A DNA stretch of 64,000 nt from a virus (lineage: Duplodnaviria; Caudoviricetes), in the IMG/VR virus record IMGVR_UViG_3300050334_000106, positions 1-64,000 of that record; one strand, written 5' to 3'. The position numbers and the translations under genes are program-made. This document shows, one piece after another, positions 34,470 through 42,993 of this stretch. The notes beneath the pieces were generated by a model. The model was not told the DNA's origin. It did not search any database and saw only the letters and a program-made list of their open reading frames with translations. Within the stretch, counting starts at the first letter, position 1, and each line of letters starts with the position of its first letter.

Positions 34470-35549
34470 TTGATGGCTAAATATAATTCTTCAGTGTTTT
34501 ATAATAGAAAAATCCCTAACGGTGGAGCTAATTATAATTCTGCGCCGTATATGATAATTGTAATTGTGGCAGACAATGGACATAGTCTTGATGAAATAGA
34601 AAACATAATTGCTTCTATAAATGAATCTGACTCAGCATCCGGCTCAGACTCTATAATTCTTGTTTCCAATATTGAACTTGTTGATCAATCTGTTTCAGCA
34701 AAGGATTCGGTTTCCCTTACAGTGCATGTTGATATACCTGATATTGCTGCCGGCAACGATATTGTATTGCCCATTAAAGCTTCGGTACCGATTCAGGATC
34801 TCGGAATGGGTGTTGATAATATTGGAGTGGTCGGCGCTTTTTTCGTCATTGACTCAAATAATATACTGCAGCCGTTGGGCGTTTTAGTGTTAAAAGACAG
34901 CAGACTTGAACTCCTCCCTTCTACCCGGGACAGCACGGACGAAATACCGGGAATGCATGGCGAATTCGACTTCGGTACTGAATTCAATTCCCGCGCTTTT
35001 GACCTTCATGTTGCAACAGATGAGGGTTATGCCCCACTGGATAAAGCGCTACTTCAAAGACTCTTCGCTAAATATCTGGATCCCACCAAAGGTGCAAAGA
35101 CTTTGATCTTCTCTGATGACATTGAAAAAACATATATAGTCAAATATTCCGGGAAGATTGATATAACACAGTACCCTTCTTGGTTTGAGTTTACTTTGCC
35201 CTTTAAAATGTCAAACCCGTTTATAATAGGCTCAATCGAAAAAACCTTGACCGGTAGCGGAACTTTGAAAAACAACGGAACCTTCGAGACCTCGCTAACA
35301 ATAGAAATAGCTGGGCCTGCAACAAATCCGTCGCTGGTAATCGGTGGTCAAACGTTATCATACGCTGGCGTAATACCCTCTGGCCAGACGTTGTTCATTA
35401 ATTCAAATGGCGGTTCAGGAACTGTAAAGCTTGGCGGAGTAAATGCTTTGTCCGGATATAATGGCATATTCCCTTCCCTACAACCTGGAAACACAAATGT
35501 TACTGCCGGAAGTAATGTCATAATACGTTGGAAAGACAAGTGGTTATAA
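34470..35549 (+). CDS. Distal tail protein (Dit) with an N-terminal extension
   Basis: EIPGMHGEFDFG, LIFSDDIEKTYIVKYSG and FTLPFKMSNPF. Confidence 0.85.
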   Translation: MMAKYNSSVFYNRKIPNGGANYNSAPYMIIVIVADNGHSLDEIENIIASINESDSASGSDSIILVSNIELVDQSVSAKDSVSLTVHVDIPDIAAGNDIVLPIKASVPIQDLGMGVDNIGVVGAFFVIDSNNILQPLGVLVLKDSRLELLPSTRDSTDEIPGMHGEFDFGTEFNSRAFDLHVATDEGYAPLDKALLQRLFAKYLDPTKGAKTLIFSDDIEKTYIVKYSGKIDITQYPSWFEFTLPFKMSNPFIIGSIEKTLTGSGTLKNNGTFETSLTIEIAGPATNPSLVIGGQTLSYAGVIPSGQTLFINSNGGSGTVKLGGVNALSGYNGIFPSLQPGNTNVTAGSNVIIRWKDKWL

Positions 35550-35561
35550 AATAGTAAGGAG

Positions 35562-37337
35562 TTGATATTCTTGGAGATTCCAAAATACATTGAAGTAAGA
35601 ACAGTTAGTGGCCAAAGGGCTGCTTTTTTATCTCCAAATGATGAAGGAAACAATATAAAAGACTGCTTTATTGATTGCAGACTAAATGGCGAAAGCACAC
35701 TTGAATTTTACATCCCTGCAACATCTGAAAAGATGGCTGAACTCACACCTGAATGTCAGATATGGGCAGGTGGTAGAGTTTATACACTTCTTGGGCCAGA
35801 GACTTCTGATACTACCCGAGACGATAAGAACAGGCTTTGGGCAAAGTTCATGGCCGTTGAACGCTGGAAGCAGCTTGAAACAAGTTTTGTTGAGCCATCT
35901 ATTTCAAATGATCCTTCAGCTGCTCCTCCTGCCGACTTAGCAGTTATTATCGTTGGTGGCGGTACAAACTTATCCGGAGGGCTATATCAAACCGGTACAG
36001 CAGCACATGCTTTATACGCCATTCTGCAAGGTTCAGGCTGGACCATAGGAACTTGTGATGTCACCGGCATCCATGATCTTGAGATGGAGAAAACAAGCCG
36101 TCTGGACCTTATAAGAGAAATACAGAACACTTGGGGCGGATATCTGGTCTGGGATTCAGTCAATAAAAGAGTCAGCCTCCGTTCCGGGAACACTTGGCAA
36201 AATTATACCGGCTTTCAAGTGCGGTACCGCAAAAATCTGAAACACATCACCCGAACCCAGAGCAACAGAATTATCACAAAACTGTATGCTTTTGGTCATG
36301 ATGATTTGGATATAGCTTCTGTCAACGGCGGCATAAAGTATGTGACCAACACCAGTTACACTCCCCGGGAATACGTCGGCATCTACAAAAACCAGGACAT
36401 TTATGATGCCCAGGAGCTTAAAGAAAAAGCTGCAGCAGAACTTTCTTTAATATGCCGTCCTCAATACAAATACACCGTCAAAATGGTTGACCTCAGAACC
36501 CTCCCTGAGTATTCCCATGAAGATTTTACAGTCGGTGACATGGTTGATGTAGTTGATGAGTCTGTCGCTCCGGAAATGCCCAGAGTAAGGTTAATCAGGC
36601 ATAAGTATAATGTTTTTAAACCTTGGATTTGTGATCTTGAAATAGGCTCCCCGACGGAAAGGCTTGAAGAGGATCTGAAGGCAGCATTTAATACAACATC
36701 ATTTATTGATAATATCTTTAAGGGAAACGGCCAGCTATCCGGATATAGTATCGAAAATCTGACCATTACAAATGCCAAAATATCCGACCTGTCAGCCGAT
36801 AAAATAACGGCAGGAACCATCACTGCTACAATAAGTATCAACGCTCCTAATATTTACGGTGGTTCGATTACAGGCGGAACAATCACCGGAGCCTTAATCA
36901 GAACTGCTGCAAGCGGAACCCGGCTAGAAATGACAAGCACAGGCTTAACCAGTTATGCAACAGGTTCAACAAAGACAGGGATATCCCTGACAAATAACAG
37001 CAGCATTGGGCTTGGGGATTTGCAGTATTATTACAACAATGTTCTTCAAGGAGGCCTGCAATATAATACCAGTGATTCAATGACGTTGTATTCACGAAAT
37101 GGAAATTCTATTGATTTGTCTTCTGATAAGGATGTCAATCTTTCTCCAAACAGAAGTGCAAGTGCCAAGGGAAGAGTTACAGGTATTTTATCAGACAATC
37201 ATAATCAAGGAAATCATAATCATGGTATTTCTGCAAAAACATATCTTGCAACAGTAGATCCCGTAACTGGCGATGTTAATGGAATGGTTGAGTGGATTCC
37301 AAGTGGTGGCTTTACTCATAATCATGACATATATTAA
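35562..37337 (+). CDS. Tail tip/Tal protein (prophage tail endopeptidase-like)
   Basis: LNGESTLEF, RYRKNLKHITR, ITKLYAFG and VGDMV; follows Dit. Confidence 0.85.
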   Translation: MIFLEIPKYIEVRTVSGQRAAFLSPNDEGNNIKDCFIDCRLNGESTLEFYIPATSEKMAELTPECQIWAGGRVYTLLGPETSDTTRDDKNRLWAKFMAVERWKQLETSFVEPSISNDPSAAPPADLAVIIVGGGTNLSGGLYQTGTAAHALYAILQGSGWTIGTCDVTGIHDLEMEKTSRLDLIREIQNTWGGYLVWDSVNKRVSLRSGNTWQNYTGFQVRYRKNLKHITRTQSNRIITKLYAFGHDDLDIASVNGGIKYVTNTSYTPREYVGIYKNQDIYDAQELKEKAAAELSLICRPQYKYTVKMVDLRTLPEYSHEDFTVGDMVDVVDESVAPEMPRVRLIRHKYNVFKPWICDLEIGSPTERLEEDLKAAFNTTSFIDNIFKGNGQLSGYSIENLTITNAKISDLSADKITAGTITATISINAPNIYGGSITGGTITGALIRTAASGTRLEMTSTGLTSYATGSTKTGISLTNNSSIGLGDLQYYYNNVLQGGLQYNTSDSMTLYSRNGNSIDLSSDKDVNLSPNRSASAKGRVTGILSDNHNQGNHNHGISAKTYLATVDPVTGDVNGMVEWIPSGGFTHNHDIY

Positions 37338-37368
37338 AATACCCAGAGAGTTAATTCTCCAGGTATTT
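37337..37368. terminator. Probable bidirectional terminator between convergent genes
   Basis: AAATACC...GAG-TTAATT-CTC...GGTATTT. Confidence 0.55.
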
Positions 37369-38016
37369 ATCTAAAAAGTTTATATTAAAATAGGTATATC
37401 CATTATAATTAACGTAATATTTGGGATTGGCATTTTGAGTTTCCAATATTAATATTTTGTTTTGATATAATTTTCTTATGCCTAATTTTTCACGTTCTAC
37501 TGAAATATTATTGAATTTGTGTAAATCTTGTTCACTGACATAAATATTGTCCTTGTATTTTATAGCTTTATATTTATTGTTGTAAGTAGTTGTTTCAATA
37601 TTATCATTATCAGTTAAATTAATTGGATTAGAATTTTTAACAGCTTCAATATCATTATAATCAATATTAGGGTCTTGATTCTGATTGATTTCAGGCACAG
37701 AGAAATCTGGCAGACCGCTGTTTGTTTTCTCGGACTCAGGAATCGCAGGTTCAGCTATGGTTGTTGAGCCTTCTATGGTTTTTATCTCAATCTGCTTTTT
37801 CTCGCTGTTGAAGTTTGCATCCACTCCTGCAGCCTTCAGGTCGGCAAGTTTAATGTATGTGGATCCTTTTATGTTGTAGGCTTCGATTGTGGATTTAATC
37901 CCGTCTACAAGTATGGGAAATGGGCTCGGCACTGCTTCAAGCTTAATCGCTGCAAAAGTTGTAAGTGAAAGTGATAGTATTACCCCGGTTAATAGACCAG
38001 CTATATATTTTTTCAT
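37351..38016 (-). CDS. Secreted protein with a copper-amine-oxidase-like N-terminal domain (moron)
   Basis: Signal peptide MKKYIAGLLTGVILSLSLTTFA; ILVDG...AYNIKGSTYIKLADL. Confidence 0.7.
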   Translation of the reverse strand: MKKYIAGLLTGVILSLSLTTFAAIKLEAVPSPFPILVDGIKSTIEAYNIKGSTYIKLADLKAAGVDANFNSEKKQIEIKTIEGSTTIAEPAIPESEKTNSGLPDFSVPEINQNQDPNIDYNDIEAVKNSNPINLTDNDNIETTTYNNKYKAIKYKDNIYVSEQDLHKFNNISVEREKLGIRKLYQNKILILETQNANPKYYVNYNGYTYFNINFLDKYLEN

Positions 38017-38123
38017 AGAATCGCCTCCTAGTTTAAGTATAGCCAATATTGGAAATTTTATCAAATATTTTATTGAATACCGATAACATTTAGGATAAAA
38101 TGGAGAAAAAAGGAGGTAGTATT

Positions 38124-38759
38124 GTGCGAAATTTTAAACAATTGATTGCAGGAATTGTTATTGGTGCAGTTGTATTCGGGGCTATTCCTGTAATGGCTAC
38201 GAATGGAACAAAAAACATATCTGCAGTATTCAAAAACATAAAAGTTACGCTTGATGGGAAAGAAGTAAAGACAAGTGCAGAGCCGTTTCAGTATGCTGGA
38301 AAGCTTTATGTTTCAGTTGATTTAATTTCTCAAATATCTGGCGCAAAAATTAATTATAATTCAAATAATAATACATTGCAGATAACCGTTACATCCCCTC
38401 GTGATACTGACTGGAAGGAAACTACTTCTAGTCTCCTTAATAGAACTAATGATATTATAAAGCAAGATAATAAACTGGATGTTTCTAAACACAGAGAGAT
38501 AGCTGTACTTGCTAAAAAAATGAATCCAATAAGGCAAGATTCGGAAGCATATATACCTCCAAAAGGTAGAGAAGATATATATACACTTCTAAAAGAGTAT
38601 ATCAAGGCAATCGAATCAAAGCTGAATGCTAGAGCCAAAATCGGCATGTATAGAGAATTTAAAAAATATGGTGAAGAATTATCAGCAATTGATGATTTTA
38701 ATTTCTACAAAGAAAGAGCTGATTCTATGCTTAAATCATTTAACAAAAACAACAAATAA
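38124..38759 (+). CDS. Secreted protein with a copper-amine-oxidase-like N-terminal domain (moron)
   Basis: Signal peptide MRNFKQLIAGIVIGAVVFGAIPVMA; IKVTLDGKEV...PFQYAGKLYVSV. Confidence 0.7.
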   Translation: MRNFKQLIAGIVIGAVVFGAIPVMATNGTKNISAVFKNIKVTLDGKEVKTSAEPFQYAGKLYVSVDLISQISGAKINYNSNNNTLQITVTSPRDTDWKETTSSLLNRTNDIIKQDNKLDVSKHREIAVLAKKMNPIRQDSEAYIPPKGREDIYTLLKEYIKAIESKLNARAKIGMYREFKKYGEELSAIDDFNFYKERADSMLKSFNKNNK

Positions 38760-38772
38760 AATGGCAAAGGGG

Positions 38773-39306
38773 CTACTCACCCCTTCCCTCCATTATCTCC
38801 ATAACTTCCTGATATGTGTCCACTGTAATTTGTGCAGCCGATATCATCCGTTTTATACTAAAATCATGAATCCTTTTTACGTGACTGACACTGAAGAATA
38901 TTTCTTCCTTTTTTAGTTCCATAGTAACATCCTTCCATGGTGTTTCAGAGCCATCCTCAGAATATCTTAGCTTCAGTATAGCTTTCTGAATTTTTGTCAG
39001 CACCTTCATTCCTGCATTCAGGCTTTCAATTACATTTGACAGTAGATTCACATCTTTCTGAAGCTGTTTTATATCCGACCTGGTTGAGTACTGAATTTTT
39101 AAGGCTATTTTCCCGGTTTTATCTGAAACAGAGCCAGTTGCTGGGATGCCACCTCCAGAACCCGAACCGTTCATATATGCGGCATAAATGCTGTCATCAA
39201 TATTTTCTGCAAGTCTCTCAAGTTCAGATTTTATGCTTTCATGTGCCGCCTTTATAATTGGCAAGTTCTTTATTAAACTTTTTATTTCCTCTGGCCGTAT
39301 AAGCAT
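38773..39306 (-). CDS. ArpU/RinA-like late transcriptional activator
   Basis: Last gene of the early operon; LTKIQKAILKLRY...W..V sigma-region-4-like C-terminus. Confidence 0.65.
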   Translation of the reverse strand: MLIRPEEIKSLIKNLPIIKAAHESIKSELERLAENIDDSIYAAYMNGSGSGGGIPATGSVSDKTGKIALKIQYSTRSDIKQLQKDVNLLSNVIESLNAGMKVLTKIQKAILKLRYSEDGSETPWKDVTMELKKEEIFFSVSHVKRIHDFSIKRMISAAQITVDTYQEVMEIMEGRGE

Positions 39307-39325
39307 TTTTATGACCCCGTTTCTT

Positions 39326-39922
39326 TTAGGCTATAGATTTCAAAATATCTTCAAGAGCTGCCTTTACCTTTGTCATATTTTCTTTCAAGGTTTTATTCTC
39401 TCTGGATAAGGATTTGTTTTCCTGAAGGATAAATTTAATTTTTGTTATGATCTCCAGTTCTTCGCTTACATTATTTGAAGTCTTGGCATTAGGCTCAGAT
39501 TTCTCACTTAATCCTTTCTGCGACATGGGTTCCTCTGAATTCTGCTTTTTCTCACCGGCTACAATCTTTTTCAGTTTATTATTCGATACATAATTCGCTA
39601 CGCTGCTTGATGGTACGTCAAATTCCTTCGCAGCTATCCTGTATGCTTGGGCTGTAAAACCATGCTCTGTACATATTTCAATTAGTCTTTCCCTATTTAT
39701 TTTAGTCATTTCTATACCCTTTCTGACCATTCCAGGGACGGTAGCTATCCCAGGTAGTCTATCTGTTTTTATTTTAATAGGTGGTCCATATTTCTCTATT
39801 TCTTCAGATGTCATTTTTCTTGTTATTGCTTCACCGCTCTTACGGTCCTGTCTGCCGTCCGGATCAACTTTAAATCCGTATGTCGGCATAAAACCATTAC
39901 CTATGGCCATGTAAATCACCAT
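39326..39922 (-). CDS. Hypothetical protein with HTH-like and coiled-coil segments
   Basis: YRIAAKEFDVPSSSVANYV; possible internal start MTKINRE. Confidence 0.55.
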   Translation of the reverse strand: MVIYMAIGNGFMPTYGFKVDPDGRQDRKSGEAITRKMTSEEIEKYGPPIKIKTDRLPGIATVPGMVRKGIEMTKINRERLIEICTEHGFTAQAYRIAAKEFDVPSSSVANYVSNNKLKKIVAGEKKQNSEEPMSQKGLSEKSEPNAKTSNNVSEELEIITKIKFILQENKSLSRENKTLKENMTKVKAALEDILKSIA

Positions 39923-40364
39923 CCCAATTCCAGAGCCGCTGCATACCTTTGACAGGTATAGGCTCCGGCAGCATCTTGACGTTTGCCAATTCCCATGCGT
40001 ATCTGCCCGTAGTCCAGTCTCCGAATTCTAGTTCTGGTGGATAAATTGTTATCGCCCTGCCCGCTTCATCAATAATGAATCTTGAACCATCAATACTGTT
40101 TCTGTGCATCTTCCAGCACCCAACCAGCTCAGCCGTGGCTATAATACATCCCCTGGGCAAATCATCCGGGTCTATTATGCCAAGTGCCGCTCTTACTTTG
40201 TCGACTATGCATCCTATAGCCTCCCATATACTGCTGGGTCTCTTAGCCGCTGCATGTATCGCTATCACCCCTCGGTACTGGGTAGCCCATGACCTAGTTT
40301 CATATTTTTTAGCCTCGCAAGCTATAAGAGATGCCCACGGTTGCCAAATTGTTATTGCTTTCAT
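39897..40364 (-). CDS. ASCH-domain protein
   Basis: MKAITIWQPWASLIA...KKYETRSW...KGMQRLWN. Confidence 0.9.
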   Translation of the reverse strand: MKAITIWQPWASLIACEAKKYETRSWATQYRGVIAIHAAAKRPSSIWEAIGCIVDKVRAALGIIDPDDLPRGCIIATAELVGCWKMHRNSIDGSRFIIDEAGRAITIYPPELEFGDWTTGRYAWELANVKMLPEPIPVKGMQRLWNWDGDLHGHR

Positions 40365-40413
40365 AGGTCTATCTATCCTCTCTTCTTATTTTTATGATAG
40401 AATTAAGACATGA

Positions 40414-40446
40414 AAATACCGCATTTCGTCTGAATATGCGGTATTT
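40414..40446 (-). terminator. Hairpin with an 11-bp stem after the DUF4145 gene
   Basis: AAATACCGCAT-11 nt-ATGCGGTATTT. Confidence 0.7.
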
Positions 40447-40477
40447 GTTAGTATCTCCTATTTTTTTAAAAGTTCTA

Positions 40478-41182
40478 TTACGGGACTTTTTTGGCCTGCT
40501 CTTTCTCTTCTTTCAATTTTACTATACTTTGAAGTCTTTGTTGTCGTTCAAATCTATTTATATACCAATCATTGATAAGTGTTTCTATCAATTCAATCAA
40601 AAGGCCTGCTTCCTCAGGTTCTACATCTATCATAAAATTTATATCCTTTTCCATGTGTGCCCCTATATTCCCTACTTTTCTAACTGCATCAATAGCATCC
40701 CAAGTTAATGGATCAATTTTGTCTTTTATGGCCTCAATCTCATCAACAAGTCTTGACTTATTGATTTTCCAAAAATCCCTTATCATTCCCTGTAAGCAAC
40801 GCCTCGAAAGAGTCGCAGATGCCTTGGGGCTTAACTCTTTAATTAAGCAAGCCTCTGAATAATCCTCTAAAATAGGAGTTGGTATATAGTTAGGAAAAAT
40901 TTTTGCAAGTACACCCGGAAGCAAATCCCAATCTTTAATATGTTTTACTTTACGCCACTGTCCACCCACCCATTTTGCTGAATACAAGTTGGCATAAGCA
41001 GATAATTCTAAACATTCAGGATTTGGGCAAACTATTAACATTGAATTTAAAGCTATATCCCCTTGTTTATTTTGAATATCACATAATAAATCATTTGTCC
41101 TTAAATTTTTATCAGTAATGGTAGTATCATGATTGCAATAGGGACATGTCCACCTAAATGGAACACCGGTTGGCATCATCAT
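40478..41182 (-). CDS. DUF4145-domain protein (moron)
   Basis: N-terminal CPYC/CPNPEC; DYSEAC, ASATLSRRCLQGMIRD and VRKVGNIGAH. Confidence 0.8.
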   Translation of the reverse strand: MMMPTGVPFRWTCPYCNHDTTITDKNLRTNDLLCDIQNKQGDIALNSMLIVCPNPECLELSAYANLYSAKWVGGQWRKVKHIKDWDLLPGVLAKIFPNYIPTPILEDYSEACLIKELSPKASATLSRRCLQGMIRDFWKINKSRLVDEIEAIKDKIDPLTWDAIDAVRKVGNIGAHMEKDINFMIDVEPEEAGLLIELIETLINDWYINRFERQQRLQSIVKLKEEKEQAKKVP

Positions 41183-41294
41183 AAGTATTAACTCCTATTT
41201 TTATATTTTTTCTATAGTTTACCAATATAATATAAAATAAATAGCAGAAATTCAAGTATAAAGATGGAAGGTTGTACAATCTGTATATACCGCA

Positions 41295-41315
41295 CTATTC
41301 AGTTTTCAAAGATCA
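41295..41315 (-). promoter_or_regulatory. boxA-like antitermination sequence
   Basis: TGATCTTTGAAAACTGAATAG on the minus strand resembles the Firmicutes rrn leader boxA (TCTTTGAAAAC). Confidence 0.55.
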
Positions 41316-41346
41316 TGCATTTCCTGTTTTCTATTCAAACTGTGAT

Positions 41347-41496
41347 TTAATCTACAAGGCGTTCTTTGATACGCTTTAATTTTTCATCACTGGATATCTC
41401 TGTATCGTTAATAATGTTTAAAAGCACTGTTTTCAGACTCTCAGCCTCATTTTTTACATTTTCAATTGTTTTAAAAAGGTTCCACATATTAACCAA
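41347..41496 (-). CDS. 49-aa hypothetical protein; absent from the ORF track
   Basis: AAGGAG RBS, TTG start; MVNMWNLFKTIENVK... Confidence 0.5.
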   Translation of the reverse strand: MVNMWNLFKTIENVKNEAESLKTVLLNIINDTEISSDEKLKRIKERLVD

Positions 41497-41623
41497 TTAA
41501 ATCCACTCCTTTCCGTTGTATTCGACTTATTTTGCATATTAATTGCTATTTATTGTAAGAATATACTTTTTGATGTAGAATGTTGTTATAACCCAAATTC
41601 ATACACCAGAGGAGGTGTTACAT

Positions 41624-41761
41624 ATGCCATCAACAGGAGAAAAACCGGGCAAAGGTTCATATCAGTGTAAAAAATGTGGACAAATTGTCAGATTGGATGA
41701 TAGTACTGATACTTTGCCCCCATGTCCTAAATGTAATGGTACTGAGTATTATAAGGTTTAA
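41624..41761 (+). CDS. 45-aa Zn-ribbon protein, opposite to the operon; absent from the ORF track
   Basis: AGGAGGT RBS; MPSTGEKPGKGSYQCKKCGQ...LPPCPKC. Confidence 0.8.
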   Translation: MPSTGEKPGKGSYQCKKCGQIVRLDDSTDTLPPCPKCNGTEYYKV

Positions 41762-41890
41762 TTACTTATAAATTGCTCAATAGCTTCGTCTGAGTAGCCA
41801 AATACTCTCCCGGGCGCCCAATGTTCATAACCTGTATTTGGCTTTTCAGTGAAGCCCTTTATAATAATCAAGCATAAATTATATATATAT

Positions 41891-42556
41891 CTACAAAGCT
41901 GTCCATGCATCCGAGGCAATTTTATCAATCTTATTCTTCAGATGAAAATTAAATGCTTCTTGAAGCGATAGTCCATTCCGTGATGCCGTTGAATATAATG
42001 TAGGTAATTTTATTCCAATAAGTCTACACGCATCCGTAATACATAATGAGCATGAATTAATTTTAATATTTTTATTTCTCCGTGTGTTTCTCATTTGCTT
42101 TTTATATGTTGCCCAAATGCAGTTATCTTTGGAATACCCCTTGTTTACATCAATTCTCTCTAAAGTTAACCCCGGAGAATAGCTTTTAAACATATCTTCA
42201 TAGAAGTTCTCAAAACTGCTCTCCCATCTATTACAAACTTTAATTCCTCTACCTCCATAATCCTGGTATGTTTTTTGCTTTGGATCATTGCATCTTCTTA
42301 TCATTGCCTGCCATACATAGTAAAATCTTGTATGTGACATATGATGTTTGGAATTGAGATTCTTTACTAAATCAAGTTTCATACATCCGCATGATTTTGT
42401 GTTTCCAGATATAAGAGAATTGGAGTCAATTGTTACTATATTTCCACAACTACATTTACATCTCCATAATGCTTTCCCATGTTTATTGGAACCAACTCTC
42501 TCAATTATGGTTAACTTTCCAAATACCTTATTTTTAAGATTTTTCGCTTCACTCAT
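41891..42556 (-). CDS. HNH homing endonuclease
   Basis: WRCKCSCGN, TKSCGC, YGGRGIKVC and LERIDVNKGYSKDNCIWAT. Confidence 0.9.
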   Translation of the reverse strand: MSEAKNLKNKVFGKLTIIERVGSNKHGKALWRCKCSCGNIVTIDSNSLISGNTKSCGCMKLDLVKNLNSKHHMSHTRFYYVWQAMIRRCNDPKQKTYQDYGGRGIKVCNRWESSFENFYEDMFKSYSPGLTLERIDVNKGYSKDNCIWATYKKQMRNTRRNKNIKINSCSLCITDACRLIGIKLPTLYSTASRNGLSLQEAFNFHLKNKIDKIASDAWTAL

Positions 42557-42573
42557 CTACACATACCTCAAAT

Positions 42574-42993
42574 TCAAAATGGGAGTTCGTCATCCTCGGA
42601 GCCATCCATATGGTAGTATCCATCGCTAGATGAGGTATTCTCATTTTTCGACATAGAACCGCTGGGATTGTTATTCTGCTTAGTACCAGTGAAAAATGTT
42701 TCCTCACACACAACCTCAGTAACATAATGGCGTTTGCCCTCGTTGTCTTCCCATGTTCTGGTCTGAATTCTACCAACTACAGCTACCTGCTGGCCTTTTA
42801 CAAAATATTTGCCCACAAACTCAGCTGTTTTATTCCAGGCAACTATGTTTATGAAATCTGCTTTGGGCTGGCCATCCTGTGCGAATCGTCTGTTTACGGC
42901 TAGGGTAAAGCTTGCGACAGCGGTGTTATTTCCGGATGTGTATCGCAAGTCCGGATCCTTTGTTAATCTTCCCATCAAAACAACCTTATTAAT
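42574..42993 (-). CDS. ssb: Single-stranded DNA-binding protein (apparent ATT start at 42993)
   Basis: NKVVLMGRLTKDP, ADFINIVAW, GRIQTR; acidic tail DDELPF. Confidence 0.95.
   Translation of the reverse strand: MNKVVLMGRLTKDPDLRYTSGNNTAVASFTLAVNRRFAQDGQPKADFINIVAWNKTAEFVGKYFVKGQQVAVVGRIQTRTWEDNEGKRHYVTEVVCEETFFTGTKQNNNPSGSMSKNENTSSSDGYYHMDGSEDDELPF

Noticed and set aside
32058-37337. Diversity-generating retroelement acting on tail genes
   Set aside because: No reverse transcriptase and no template/variable repeat pair seen
41519-41527. AGTCGAA as a Spo0A box
   Set aside because: One mismatch in a 7-mer is expected by chance many times in 64 kb
41758-41870. Minus-strand open stretch IIKGFTEKPNTGYEHW...GYSDEAIEQFISN as a gene remnant beside the HNH gene
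   Set aside because: No start codon or RBS, and homology could not be verified without a search
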